A stretch of DNA of 64,000 bases, taken from NCBI GenBank assembly GCA_963815215.1, contig CAWFFU010000011.1, positions 416,001-480,000 on the forward strand, in the 5' to 3' direction. The stretch comes from an uncultured Trueperaceae bacterium. Lineage in GTDB: Bacteria; Deinococcota; Deinococci; Deinococcales; Trueperaceae. This document shows, piece by piece, positions 9,728 through 19,194 of the stretch; position 1 is the first letter of the stretch; the number at the start of each line of letters is the position of its first letter. The notes under the pieces were generated by a model. That model ran no database searches. It saw only the letters and a program-made list of their open reading frames with translations, and was not told the origin of the DNA. Made by a program: the position numbers and the translations under genes.

Positions 9728-10750
9728 CTAGACACTGCGGAGTCTGTTGACGGCGATAGCTGCAAGGATCGCCGTCCCATACACCAGGTACTTCACCGAA
9801 GCGCCGAGCCCCAGGAGCGTGAGGCCATTGCCCAACAGGCTCACGAACAGCGCTCCGCCGATCGTTCCCAGCACCGTGAAGTTCGACCTGGGGCTGAGCA
9901 CGGTCCCCAAGAAGACGGACACGAAACTGTCGAGTAGGTAGACTTCGGCGCCACGGGGCACGGCGATCCCCGCTCGAGATACCAGGATGATGCCGGCGAT
10001 GGCCGCCAGCACGCCACTCAACACGAAGCCCCAGCCGAAGGTCGCGCGCATGTTGACACCGGCCAGGTAGGCGGCACGTGCATTTCCCCCTACGGCCTCC
10101 ATGCGACGACCCAGAGTCGAGCGGTCCATCAGCAAGACCACCAGGCTCATGAGCACGACGACGAGCACGATGGAGGCAGGTACACCGAGGATCTTGCCCC
10201 TTCCGAGGAAGAAGAACACCTCCGTGATGGACGGCGGCAACGTGAACAGGATCTGGGGCTGTGCGCCGTGGGAGAACATCAGTTCACCTCCGCGCACGGC
10301 GAACATCATGCCCAAGGTACCGATGATCGCGGGCACGCCCAGATACGCCATGAGCACGGCGTTGACCGCGCCCGTGGCGAGCCCGAAGCCAACAGGCGCG
10401 ATGAAAGCCAGCCAGAGTGGCTGACCAGCCACGATCAGCGCGGCCGCAAGCAGCCCGGACGCATCGGCCACCTGCGCAACGCTCAGATCCACGCCGCGCA
10501 TGGACATCGTCAGCATGAGCCCGACGGCCATGACGACGAGGATGGTGCTCTGCGTCGCGACGCTGATCAGGTTCGCGGGGCTCAGGTAGATAGGGCGCAT
10601 CACCTCGAACGCTACGAGGACCAGCACCATGCCCACGATGCCGCCGTTCTGGCGGAGCCACCGCGCAACGGGCGAGCCGCTCCTGTGCTTGCGATCGGGC
10701 GTGGTTGATTCCTCGCCCTGCAGTTGTGCTCTCTGTTCCAGTTTCGACAT
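9728..10750 (-). CDS. Sugar ABC permease (RbsC-like)
   Basis: Multiple TM segments, GVDLSV, GRRMEAVGGNARAAYLAGV. Confidence 0.92.
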   Translation of the reverse strand: MSKLEQRAQLQGEESTTPDRKHRSGSPVARWLRQNGGIVGMVLVLVAFEVMRPIYLSPANLISVATQSTILVVMAVGLMLTMSMRGVDLSVAQVADASGLLAAALIVAGQPLWLAFIAPVGFGLATGAVNAVLMAYLGVPAIIGTLGMMFAVRGGELMFSHGAQPQILFTLPPSITEVFFFLGRGKILGVPASIVLVVVLMSLVVLLMDRSTLGRRMEAVGGNARAAYLAGVNMRATFGWGFVLSGVLAAIAGIILVSRAGIAVPRGAEVYLLDSFVSVFLGTVLSPRSNFTVLGTIGGALFVSLLGNGLTLLGLGASVKYLVYGTAILAAIAVNRLRSV

Positions 10751-10767
10751 GGACCGATCCAGCCCTC

Positions 10768-13317
10768 TCAGAAGATGTTGATCTGCCCGATGTCCCGCTT
10801 CTGGATCACCGAAAGCAACACCGAGACCACCAGGATCCCGCCCTGGATCGCAGGCAAGGCGAGGTTTGAGACGCCGTTCAGGATCAGACCGTTGCTCAGG
10901 GAGGTGATGAACATGGCGGCGATGGTGGTGCCGACCACGTCCAGCTCACCCGTCCGTGAGAAGGTGCTGCCGAGGAACGCCGCGGCCAGCGCACTGATCA
11001 TGAAGTCCAACCCCGTCGGAACGGCCGTAGCTCCATAGCTGTACGACGTCTGCAAGACTCCGGTCAGCCCCACGAGCAACCCAGCCCCGACGAACCCGTA
11101 CACCAGCGAACGCGCCTGGCTGATGCCCCGCAACCTGGCGGCCGGCAGGCTCTCGCCGACCGCGTACATGCGCAGACCAGGACGAGTTCGCTTGAGGACG
11201 ATGTGAAGGAGCGCCAGGATCAGCCCTAGCAACACCACGACGAACGGTACCGGACCCAGGTAACCCTGCCCGATGAAGAAGAAGCCGGGGAGGTCGTGAA
11301 GGGTCAGCGCCTGACCCCCGTTGTACGCCAGCATGCCTCCCGTCAGGACGAACATCATGCCGAGCGTGGCGATGAACGGCGGCATCCGGAAGACGATGAC
11401 CAGGAATGCGTTGATGAAACCGACCACGACGCCGACCACGCCACCGAAGGCGAACGACAGCGCAGTGCCGATACGTCCGACCACCCCGGCCGCCAGGTTC
11501 GACGTGAGCTGCGCCAGCGCTCCGGCGGACATGTCGAAGCCGCCGGCGATGAGGACCAGGGTCTGGCCGTAGCCGATGAGCGTGAGGATGCTCCCCTGCT
11601 TGAGGATCTCCAGCAGGTTGGACGGCCGGAAGAAATCTGGAGCGCCGATGCCCATGGCCAGGATGGAGAGGATCATGCCGAGAGACGTACCCCAACGGAT
11701 GAGGAACCGCGTTGGGGACAGGCCCGTGCGTAACTCGGCCCGGCCTCCGGCGACGGCCTTCTGCGGCGTCGCGTCGGTCGCGCTTCCCGGATCGGCCGAC
11801 GGGCCCGCCGCGGTCGGACCGGAAGCGCGCGTGCCCGCTGTCGTCCAGAAGAGCAGGGTCTGGAGGTCGAGGTCCTCGCGAGGGATCTCCTTCTCGAGGC
11901 GCCCCTTGGCGACCACGCCCACTCGGTCGCACATGCCCACCAGCTCTTCCAGATCGGAAGAGATGAAGACGACGGCTGCACCGGCCCGAGCGAGCTCGAT
12001 CATCTCCTTGTAGATCTCGACCTTGGCGCCGACGTCGACCCCGGTGGTCGGTTCGTCGAACAGGAACACCTCGGACTGTCCGTCGAGCCATTTGCCGATG
12101 ACGACCTTCTGTTGGTTGCCGCCCGACAGGGTCTCGGCAGCCTGTTCCGAGCTGGTCGCGGCGATGGATAGCCGTGCCATGAGCTGCGTGACCCGCTCGG
12201 CCTCCTTCCGCAACGACATCAGCCCCAGGTTGGACCACCACGACAGGTTCGGGATGGCCATGTTCTTCCGGATGCTGAGGGGTCCGATGAGCCCCTCGCC
12301 GCGGCGGTCCTCGGGGATGAGCGCGAATCCATGATCTCTTGCGCGAGCGGGGCTGGCGTTGTGCACAGGCTTTCCGGAGAGCTTCACGCTGCCGCCGCGT
12401 AGCCGACCGGCGCCCATGATGGACAGCGCGATCTCGGTGCGGCCGGCCCCCACGAGCCCGGCGAGCCCGTAGATCTCGCCCCGACGCACACGGAAGCTGA
12501 CGCCCTCGAAGCGGTGACCGTCCGAGATGTTCTCGACCGCCAGCAGCTCGTCCCCGGCTTCGACCGGCTCTTTGGGGTAGAGACTCTTGAGGTCGCGACC
12601 GACCGTGAGCCGCACGATCGACTCCCGGTCCGTATCCTTGGTGTTGAGCTGCCCCGCCACCTTGCCATCCCGCAGGACCGTGATACGCGACGAGATGCGG
12701 AAGACCTCATTGAGATGGTGTGAAATATAGATGATCGACACGCCGCTATTGCGAAGGTTCTCGATCACCTCGAACAGACGATCGATCTCGCGTTCGCTCA
12801 ACGACGCGGTGGGCTCGTCCAGGATCAGCACGCGCGGCTCTTGCAGTAGGGCCGCCGCGATCGCCACCTGCTCGCGCTGACCCACGCTCAGATCGTTCGC
12901 CAGGTGGTCCGGAGAGAAGTCGGCGCCGATCCGTTCCAGCGAAGCCGTCGTCGCCTTGCGCATCGCGTCGAAGTCGAGCAGCCCACCAGCCGTTGTCAAC
13001 TCACGGCCGAGGAAGACGTTCCGCGTGACATCGAACTGAGGAACCAAGTGTTGGTCCTGGTGCACGATGGCGATCCCGTGCGCTTCCGCATCGGTGGGCG
13101 AGCGGATCTCGATAGGCTCGCCCTCGAGCACGATCTCGCCGGCATCCAGGGTATACACGCCGGTGAGAATCTTGACGAGCGTCGACTTGCCCGCGCCGTT
13201 CTGCCCGACCAGCGCATGGACCTCGCCGAGTTGCAACTCGAAGGCCACCTCATCGAGCGCACGGAGTCCGGGGAACTCCTTGACGATCCCCGTGCATTGA
13301 AGAATCACGTCAGTCAC
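10768..13317 (-). CDS. Fused sugar ABC ATPase (two NBDs, RbsA-like) and permease
   Basis: GQNGAGKS, LDEPT, LSGGNQQK, FDEPT, then an Ala/Pro-rich linker and an RbsC-like TM domain (GGFDMS, GLRMYAVGE). Confidence 0.88.
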   Translation of the reverse strand: MTDVILQCTGIVKEFPGLRALDEVAFELQLGEVHALVGQNGAGKSTLVKILTGVYTLDAGEIVLEGEPIEIRSPTDAEAHGIAIVHQDQHLVPQFDVTRNVFLGRELTTAGGLLDFDAMRKATTASLERIGADFSPDHLANDLSVGQREQVAIAAALLQEPRVLILDEPTASLSEREIDRLFEVIENLRNSGVSIIYISHHLNEVFRISSRITVLRDGKVAGQLNTKDTDRESIVRLTVGRDLKSLYPKEPVEAGDELLAVENISDGHRFEGVSFRVRRGEIYGLAGLVGAGRTEIALSIMGAGRLRGGSVKLSGKPVHNASPARARDHGFALIPEDRRGEGLIGPLSIRKNMAIPNLSWWSNLGLMSLRKEAERVTQLMARLSIAATSSEQAAETLSGGNQQKVVIGKWLDGQSEVFLFDEPTTGVDVGAKVEIYKEMIELARAGAAVVFISSDLEELVGMCDRVGVVAKGRLEKEIPREDLDLQTLLFWTTAGTRASGPTAAGPSADPGSATDATPQKAVAGGRAELRTGLSPTRFLIRWGTSLGMILSILAMGIGAPDFFRPSNLLEILKQGSILTLIGYGQTLVLIAGGFDMSAGALAQLTSNLAAGVVGRIGTALSFAFGGVVGVVVGFINAFLVIVFRMPPFIATLGMMFVLTGGMLAYNGGQALTLHDLPGFFFIGQGYLGPVPFVVVLLGLILALLHIVLKRTRPGLRMYAVGESLPAARLRGISQARSLVYGFVGAGLLVGLTGVLQTSYSYGATAVPTGLDFMISALAAAFLGSTFSRTGELDVVGTTIAAMFITSLSNGLILNGVSNLALPAIQGGILVVSVLLSVIQKRDIGQINIF

Positions 13318-13427
13318 TGGGAACCCACGTTCACTTGGGTGCGGCGCCGGCGAGGCGCCGATGACCGTTCACTAGATCGGGGCCCTTCCTGCCGACCGGC
13401 GACACCGAGAACGCGTGCCGGGAGGCC

Positions 13428-13460
13428 GTCGGGTCCACGCGCGTACGGCGTGGACCCGAC
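13428..13460. terminator. Stem-loop after the binding-protein gene (partial terminator or mRNA stabiliser)
   Basis: Perfect 13-bp arms GTCGGGTCCACGC / GCGTGGACCCGAC, 7-nt loop. Confidence 0.65.
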
Positions 13461-13477
13461 AGAAGGTGCGGGGACGG

Positions 13478-14542
13478 TTACGGAGCGACAGGATGCACGA
13501 CGACGACATCCTGGTACTGCGGGTAGCGCGACTCGATCTCCTTGGGATCCATCTTGATGTCCTGCCAGACGTTCGCACCCCACCGCATCTCGGCCGCCTT
13601 GATGCCGTTGTGACGCGTCGCCAGCCAGGCGTTCGTGAAGGTCGTGGTGGGAACGTTGTCGGCATTGCCGTTGATCGCATGGATGATCGTCTGCGCGGCC
13701 AACTCCCCGATATGAGGAACGTCCTGCGCCACGGTGGCTACGAACGGGCTACCCTTCTGGAAGAGCATCTGGAAGCCGAGCTTGTCGCCGTCGATCGAAG
13801 CTACCTTGATATCGGTGCGGCCGGCCTGCATGATCGCCTGCACCGCGCCGGACGTGATCTGGTCGTAGGCGCCCCACACGGCGGCGATGCTGCCCTTCTG
13901 CGGATGAGCCGTCAGAAGGTCCTGCATCTGGCTGAACACCTTGGACGGGCTATGTTCGGTCGGGACTTCGTGCACGGTCACCTGCGGGTAGTCCTTGACC
14001 ATGGCCTGCAAGATGCGGCGGCGAGTCTCGAGCAGGGGCGCTCCGGGGACCCAGAAGGCATACACGTCGCCCTGGTAGTCGATGCTCTGCAGCAGCGCCC
14101 GAGTCATCATCTCGCCCATCAGCGCCTCGTCGCCACCGACCTCGGTGAGCGAGCCTGGTACGTGAGCACCGACGGACGTCGTCACGACGGGGATGCCGGC
14201 GGCGGTCGCCTTGGCGACCACAGGCGCCAGTTGCTGCGCGTCGCCGAGCTCGATGATCAGCCCGTCCACGCCGGAGTTGATCAGGTTCGTGATGTTGTCG
14301 TTGTGCTTCGTGGGATCGCCCTGTCCATCCGTGACGACCATCGTGCCGCCCGCCGCCTCGATCACCTGGCGAGCGCCCTCGATGACCCCACGGTTGTAGT
14401 CGTTCACGATCTCACGACTGGCGAATCCGATCTTGTAGGTCTTCCCGCTGGGGAACTTGAGGTCCTGCCCGAAGGCGATCCCCGCGAGCAATACCAGCGC
14501 CATCACTGCGCCGAGGGCCATCCGAATTCTACGTGGCGTCAT
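13478..14542 (-). CDS. Sugar ABC substrate-binding protein (RbsB-like)
   Basis: Signal peptide ending AFG; VDGLII, AAGIPVV, IKVASIDG; AGGAG SD. Confidence 0.92.
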   Translation of the reverse strand: MTPRRIRMALGAVMALVLLAGIAFGQDLKFPSGKTYKIGFASREIVNDYNRGVIEGARQVIEAAGGTMVVTDGQGDPTKHNDNITNLINSGVDGLIIELGDAQQLAPVVAKATAAGIPVVTTSVGAHVPGSLTEVGGDEALMGEMMTRALLQSIDYQGDVYAFWVPGAPLLETRRRILQAMVKDYPQVTVHEVPTEHSPSKVFSQMQDLLTAHPQKGSIAAVWGAYDQITSGAVQAIMQAGRTDIKVASIDGDKLGFQMLFQKGSPFVATVAQDVPHIGELAAQTIIHAINGNADNVPTTTFTNAWLATRHNGIKAAEMRWGANVWQDIKMDPKEIESRYPQYQDVVVVHPVAP

Positions 14543-14984
14543 AATTCGCTACTCCTCCTAAGAGTGGATCTTCCGACGGCTGGAGTCCGACCCCGCCCAT
14601 GAACAGCCAGGGTCGCCAGATACATTCCGCTCCTCTTCCACCTCCCAACGCCAAACAATCTGCAGCAGCCCCGCGACCCCGCTCAAGGGGACCGAGCGCC
14701 ATCCCAGATGTCCTAAGCCGCTGGCCTTCCACTCATCAACGGAAGCGAAGGCGGGGCAATCGCGCGAGGACGCCCCAAGTATCCAGGTCCGGTTCTTGCG
14801 TCCTAGACGGCATGACCTCGTGGACATTCTGTTGTCAAGAATGATACGCAGAATCGGCCCGCGTGTCTAGCCCCTTGAGTCCGAAGCACAGTACAACCTC
14901 GCTGGAGCCAGATGCGCCCTACGAGAGCGACGATCGCAACGACAACCTCGTTCGGTCTGCGCCAGTAAACAACAGGGGCCAGGA

Positions 14985-16004
14985 CTAGCCAGTTCGAGGC
15001 GGTGGAGCCGTACTCCCACGTCCGATGAAGGTGCCTGGGAACACCTGCCGCACCGGGACGTCACCACTGGGCCCCTCGACTGCCGACACCACGATCCTGG
15101 CGGCCGCCCGTCCCATCTCCCTCGTCGGTTGCTCGAAGACGTCGATCGGCGGATCCACGACTTGCATCCACGTGTAGTTGTCGAAGCCGATCAAGGAGAC
15201 ATCGGCAGGGATCCTCAGACCGGACTCCGAGATGGCACGGAACGCACCGAGCGCCCCTGAGCCGTTGAGCGCGAACAGCGCCGTAGGCCGGTTCGGCAAT
15301 CGGAGCAGATAGTGCGTCAACTGGTAGGCTTCGTCCTCTGTCAGGGAGATGATGCGCCGGTACTCATCCGGTAGCGAGAGCCCTACCTCCCTCAGCGCTG
15401 CCGGGAAGACCTTCGAACGCTCATCGGGATTGATCAATCGGTCGTAAGCGCCCAACGCCGCGATCCGCCGATGTCCGAGGTCATGAAACCGGCGAACGCC
15501 CTCGCGCACGCAGCTCTCGTTGTCGAGCATCACCCGGCTGAACGGGCTGTCGGGGTAGTAGTAGTCGATCTCGCAGACGTAGGTCCCCCCCTGCGCCATA
15601 TGGAGCAGATAATCCAGGTTCGACGGGCCGTAGGCGGAGCGGATGATCAGTCCACTCACACGGTGCGCGTACAGGTGTTCCAGGTTCTTAAGCTCGAGAC
15701 TGCCACGGTACGCGCTGTCGAGCACGAGCACGCCGTACCCGGCCTCTCGCACCTCCTGCGAGATGACGCTCACGAGCTCCGCGAAGAACGGCTCTCGGAT
15801 GTTCCCCACGACCAGGCCGATCGAGTAGTTCTTCCCCCTCCGCAACCCGCCCGCGGCCTGGTTCGGAACGTACATCAATTCGCTGGCAGCGCTCTTCACC
15901 CGCTTCAGAGTGTCCGGGGCCAAGAGATGCGGCGCTCGGAAGGCACGCTTCGCCGTCGCATCGGAGACGCCCGCGAGCTTCGCGACATCGAGAATCGTCG
16001 CCAT
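14985..16004 (-). CDS. LacI family regulator
   Basis: MATILDVAKLAGVSDATA HTH, YVPNQAAGGL hinge, IPADVSLIGFDN; TAACAT box 7 nt upstream of the 16004 ATG. Confidence 0.92.
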   Translation of the reverse strand: MATILDVAKLAGVSDATAKRAFRAPHLLAPDTLKRVKSAASELMYVPNQAAGGLRRGKNYSIGLVVGNIREPFFAELVSVISQEVREAGYGVLVLDSAYRGSLELKNLEHLYAHRVSGLIIRSAYGPSNLDYLLHMAQGGTYVCEIDYYYPDSPFSRVMLDNESCVREGVRRFHDLGHRRIAALGAYDRLINPDERSKVFPAALREVGLSLPDEYRRIISLTEDEAYQLTHYLLRLPNRPTALFALNGSGALGAFRAISESGLRIPADVSLIGFDNYTWMQVVDPPIDVFEQPTREMGRAAARIVVSAVEGPSGDVPVRQVFPGTFIGRGSTAPPPRTG

Positions 16005-16393
16005 CGGGGCCATGTTATGCGACGGCACCAACTCCGTGCCAACCCCCAAGGACGTAGGCCGACGAGAGCCAGTTCAGAGTCCGTTACCAGATGCCAGGGC
16101 AAGCTCGGGCCGCGACGACCGCACAGACCGAAGCCCCCCTTGGACCCAAGAAGTGGCGGGGCTCACGCAGCGCGGACAACAGAACCAGGCTTCGGACTGG
16201 TCCGGGCCCAAGTGCTCCAGACCAAATGAAGCCGTGCCATGCGGCTGCCAGCAAAGGCAACGCCGCGGCCACGACATCTTGAAGGTGCGCAGAAGCGGAC
16301 CTTCCTTCCCCACGCCATCCGCGGCCCTGAGGAGCGCTGATAGGACCCTCGCGCGCCAACCATCCACAGGCCCGACGTCCCCACGCCACCGCG

Positions 16394-16942
16394 CTAGCGA
16401 TCGACCAGCAGCGGGTAGGGGTTGACGGCATGCCAAGCGCACGTGTCGGCCGGGCCCTCGTACACGCCGAAGTGCAGATGGGGCGGCGTGGTTGCGGCGT
16501 CACCGGTGTTGCCGACGTAGCCGAGCACGGTATCGGTAGTGACGTGCTGCCCCTCGCGCAAGTCCTCCGCAAAGGCGCTCATGTGGGTATAGAAGTAGCG
16601 ACGTCCACCACCTCCCACGACGGTGACGGAGTTACCGCCCAGGCTCAGGCTCTCGATGCTGTACACGAAGCCCGGCGCGGCGGCCCGGATCGGCGTTCCG
16701 GTCGGCGCGAAGATGTCGACCCCCTCATGCGAACGCCCCCCGGCGCGAGCGGCCCCCCAGGTGTCGCTCACCTGCCGCACGCGCACCCCGCCCACCGGCA
16801 TGAGAAGGTCAACCCTATCTGACACCTTGTCCCGACCAATTCGGCGCGGGTTCGGGCGGCGTGGCGAAGATTCCCGCAAGACGACCATCACCGCCCGCGA
16901 CCCTGTCGCGCCGAGTCCCGATTGGTTGGAAATGGCTGCCAT
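16394..16942 (-). CDS. M23 family metallopeptidase, likely 5'-truncated (homology only below ~16810)
   Basis: HEGVDIFA (HxxxD), YFYTHM, GYVGNTG, PPHLHF (HxH); no signal peptide in the upstream frame. Confidence 0.75.
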   Translation of the reverse strand: MAAISNQSGLGATGSRAVMVVLRESSPRRPNPRRIGRDKVSDRVDLLMPVGGVRVRQVSDTWGAARAGGRSHEGVDIFAPTGTPIRAAAPGFVYSIESLSLGGNSVTVVGGGGRRYFYTHMSAFAEDLREGQHVTTDTVLGYVGNTGDAATTPPHLHFGVYEGPADTCAWHAVNPYPLLVDR

Positions 16943-16963
16943 GACCGATATTCAGGTCTCGGT

Positions 16964-17007
16964 CTCTTGGTCAGCGAGTTGTAGGTTCGAGTCCTATGCG
17001 ACCCACC
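16964..17007 (+). pseudogene. Degenerate 3' half of tRNA-Lys(CTT), probable attachment-site remnant
   Basis: CTCTTGG-TCAGC-GAGTT-GTAGG-TTCGAGT-CCTAT-GCGACCC-A-CC follows canonical spacing of anticodon loop, stem, variable region, T-arm and acceptor 3' strand; no matching 5' half upstream. Confidence 0.75.
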
Positions 17008-17250
17008 CTAGGAGTCACGCGAGGGACGGGCTTCTTGGGAGCTCGTCCCCGCGCACTGTGATCGCTTGCAGCCCTGGCTCGATGGGCCACCACGTCCAAG
17101 ACTCGGTCGAACCGACTCGTGCCCGGATCCGCGACGTCCGCTACCCACGGCCGACGCTCGAGAGCGTCTTGGGCGGCGCCGGACGGGGCCGTCTCCGTCC
17201 GCACAACACGCTCGTGCGGAGGGCCGACGGCCCCACCGGGGCGGCAAGCA

Positions 17251-17724
17251 TCAACCGCGCAACCGCCCGCGGGACTCCTGATCGGGGTGCTGGATCAAGT
17301 AGGCCAGCCACCCCCGGACGCTCAGGTCACCCAGGTCGTTGTGCGGCACGATCGTCGCGGGGTCGATGCCGCGCTGGTCCAGCTGGCGAGCCAGGGCGAC
17401 CGTCTCGGCCCGTGTCTCGGCGAAGGCCGCGCGCAGGGCCTCGAAGCCCTCGTCGACGTCGGGCCGGTACGGGTGGTACGTGTCCTCGACGAAGGGCTCG
17501 CCCAGTGCCACGCGCAAGCGCCGCTGCCCCCAGCGTTCGATACCGACCCAGTGCGCCACGGCTTCGCGGTTCCCCGGCGTGTCGGGCCGGCCGTTCATGC
17601 GCTGGTCGAGCTCCCGGCCCGAGACCTCGAGCTCGTCCGCGAGCTCGGCGATGCCTTTGCCGCGGGCGTGCCGCTCGGCCATCGGCCTGCGCACGAGTCC
17701 GATCAAGCCTTGGATGATCCTCAT
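17251..17724 (-). CDS. DinB/YfiT-like helical protein
   Basis: MRIIQGLIG start; AVAHWVGIE, HNDLGDLSVRGWLAYLIQH His pattern resembling the DinB superfamily. Confidence 0.65.
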   Translation of the reverse strand: MRIIQGLIGLVRRPMAERHARGKGIAELADELEVSGRELDQRMNGRPDTPGNREAVAHWVGIERWGQRRLRVALGEPFVEDTYHPYRPDVDEGFEALRAAFAETRAETVALARQLDQRGIDPATIVPHNDLGDLSVRGWLAYLIQHPDQESRGRLRG

Positions 17725-17794
17725 GGCCCAACCATCCCATGGCGAAGACGGGGACACCGCAAGCCGGGATGCGGGCCGCGGCCTCGTGCGTCGG

Positions 17795-18616
17795 CTACGA
17801 TCGGGGCGCGACCAGCTCTTCGCTGCGCTCCCAGAGTCGACGCGCGACGCCGCCGTCGTCGTCCTTGAACCTGACGGCCATCGGCTTGCTCTTGTCGTAG
17901 ACCTCGCCCGGCTGCCAGTCGACACCAGGCGTACCCTCGGCCAGCGCCGTGAGCCTGCGCCCGCTGGCCTCGGGGCTGATCATCAGATACTTCACGGGCG
18001 AGTGGTACACGAACCGCATCAGGCCGGTGCTGTCGCTCCCGAAGTTGGAACGAACCACGCCAGGGTGGAACGCCACGGCCGAGATCCCGTCCGCATGGTG
18101 CCTTCGATGCAGCTCGCGCGTGAACAGGATGTTCGCGAGCTTGCCGTTCCCGTAGGCGAGTTGCGGCTGGTAGGCGCGCTCGGTGTTGAGATCGGCGACG
18201 TCGAACTTGCCTCCGTACGTGTTGGCAGCAGCGCTCGTTGTCTGAATGACTCTCGCGCGGCCCGCGATGAGGCGCTTCAGCAACAGCTTGGTCAGGAGGA
18301 ACGGTGCGAGGTGGTTGACTTGGAAGGTCATCTCGAAGCCGTCCTCCGTCACCTGGCGCTTACCCATGATCCCACCGGCATTGTTGGCCAGGACATCGAT
18401 GCGGTCGTAGCGCTCGAGCTCCGAAGCAAGCCGTCGAACCTCGCTCAAGCTGGCGTAGTCGGCCACATGGAACGGTGCAGCGAGTTCGCGGGCGAGAGCC
18501 TCCGTCTTGGTTCGCGAACGCCCGACGATGACGACCTGATGCCCCTTGGCCGTCAGCTGGCGCGCGCTTGCCGCACCGATGCCGTCGCTGGCCCCTGTGA
18601 TGACGATGGTATCCAC
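17795..18616 (-). CDS. SDR oxidoreductase (retinol dehydrogenase-like)
   Basis: ITGASDGIG, NNAG, FQVNHLAPF, YGNGK, FHPGVV; GTG start after a purine-rich SD. Confidence 0.9.
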   Translation of the reverse strand: MDTIVITGASDGIGAASARQLTAKGHQVVIVGRSRTKTEALARELAAPFHVADYASLSEVRRLASELERYDRIDVLANNAGGIMGKRQVTEDGFEMTFQVNHLAPFLLTKLLLKRLIAGRARVIQTTSAAANTYGGKFDVADLNTERAYQPQLAYGNGKLANILFTRELHRRHHADGISAVAFHPGVVRSNFGSDSTGLMRFVYHSPVKYLMISPEASGRRLTALAEGTPGVDWQPGEVYDKSKPMAVRFKDDDGGVARRLWERSEELVAPRS

Positions 18617-19194
18617 GTTCGTCCTTTCCCCTCCCCGGTGACGGATCGCTCGCCCATGCGCCGCTTCGCGCATGACCCTCACGGCTGCGACGGCACGTCG
18701 TCGATACTCCGCTGAACTCTACGTCCTCTGTTCCATGCCTTCGGAAGCCGCCGAAACGCGCTCGGCAAATCCATCACGGCGAACCCTCCAGCCTGCCATC
18801 GCACCCGAACGCGAGCCATACGACGAGACCGTCCGTTGCCTCGCCTGCCCCTTGTGGGCTCGTCGAGGACCGCGTCCAAGCGCCGCCTACCGGCTGGCGC
18901 GATCCACGAAGTGAAGGGCGTGCCTCACGAAGGCGCCACCCTCGTTACGCCTCGACGGATCCAGCGGGACAGCGGCAGGATCGACCTTGCCGCGTCGAAC
19001 GAACGTCGCCGGCGTAGGCATGCCACGGACGTGGCGGCCGCCGCGGGCCTGCACGTTCTTGCGGTGAAGACTCGCTCAGGCGCGCGGGTCGTGCGTGGAA
19101 CGCGAGATCCACACCGCTCGCGCGATCCCGGACGTGAAGGCGACCGAGCGCGCGCCGGATTGACACGACCTCCGTACGATTCTTAACATGACAC

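Noticed and set aside
14825..14843. CATTCT-N7-AGAATG as LacI operator
   Set aside because: Short arms, no central CG typical of LacI sites, and about 280 bp from the start codon; possible but unsupported.
16921..17008. Complete tRNA gene
   Set aside because: No 5' acceptor strand complementary to GCGACCC and no D-arm upstream; only the 3' half is present.
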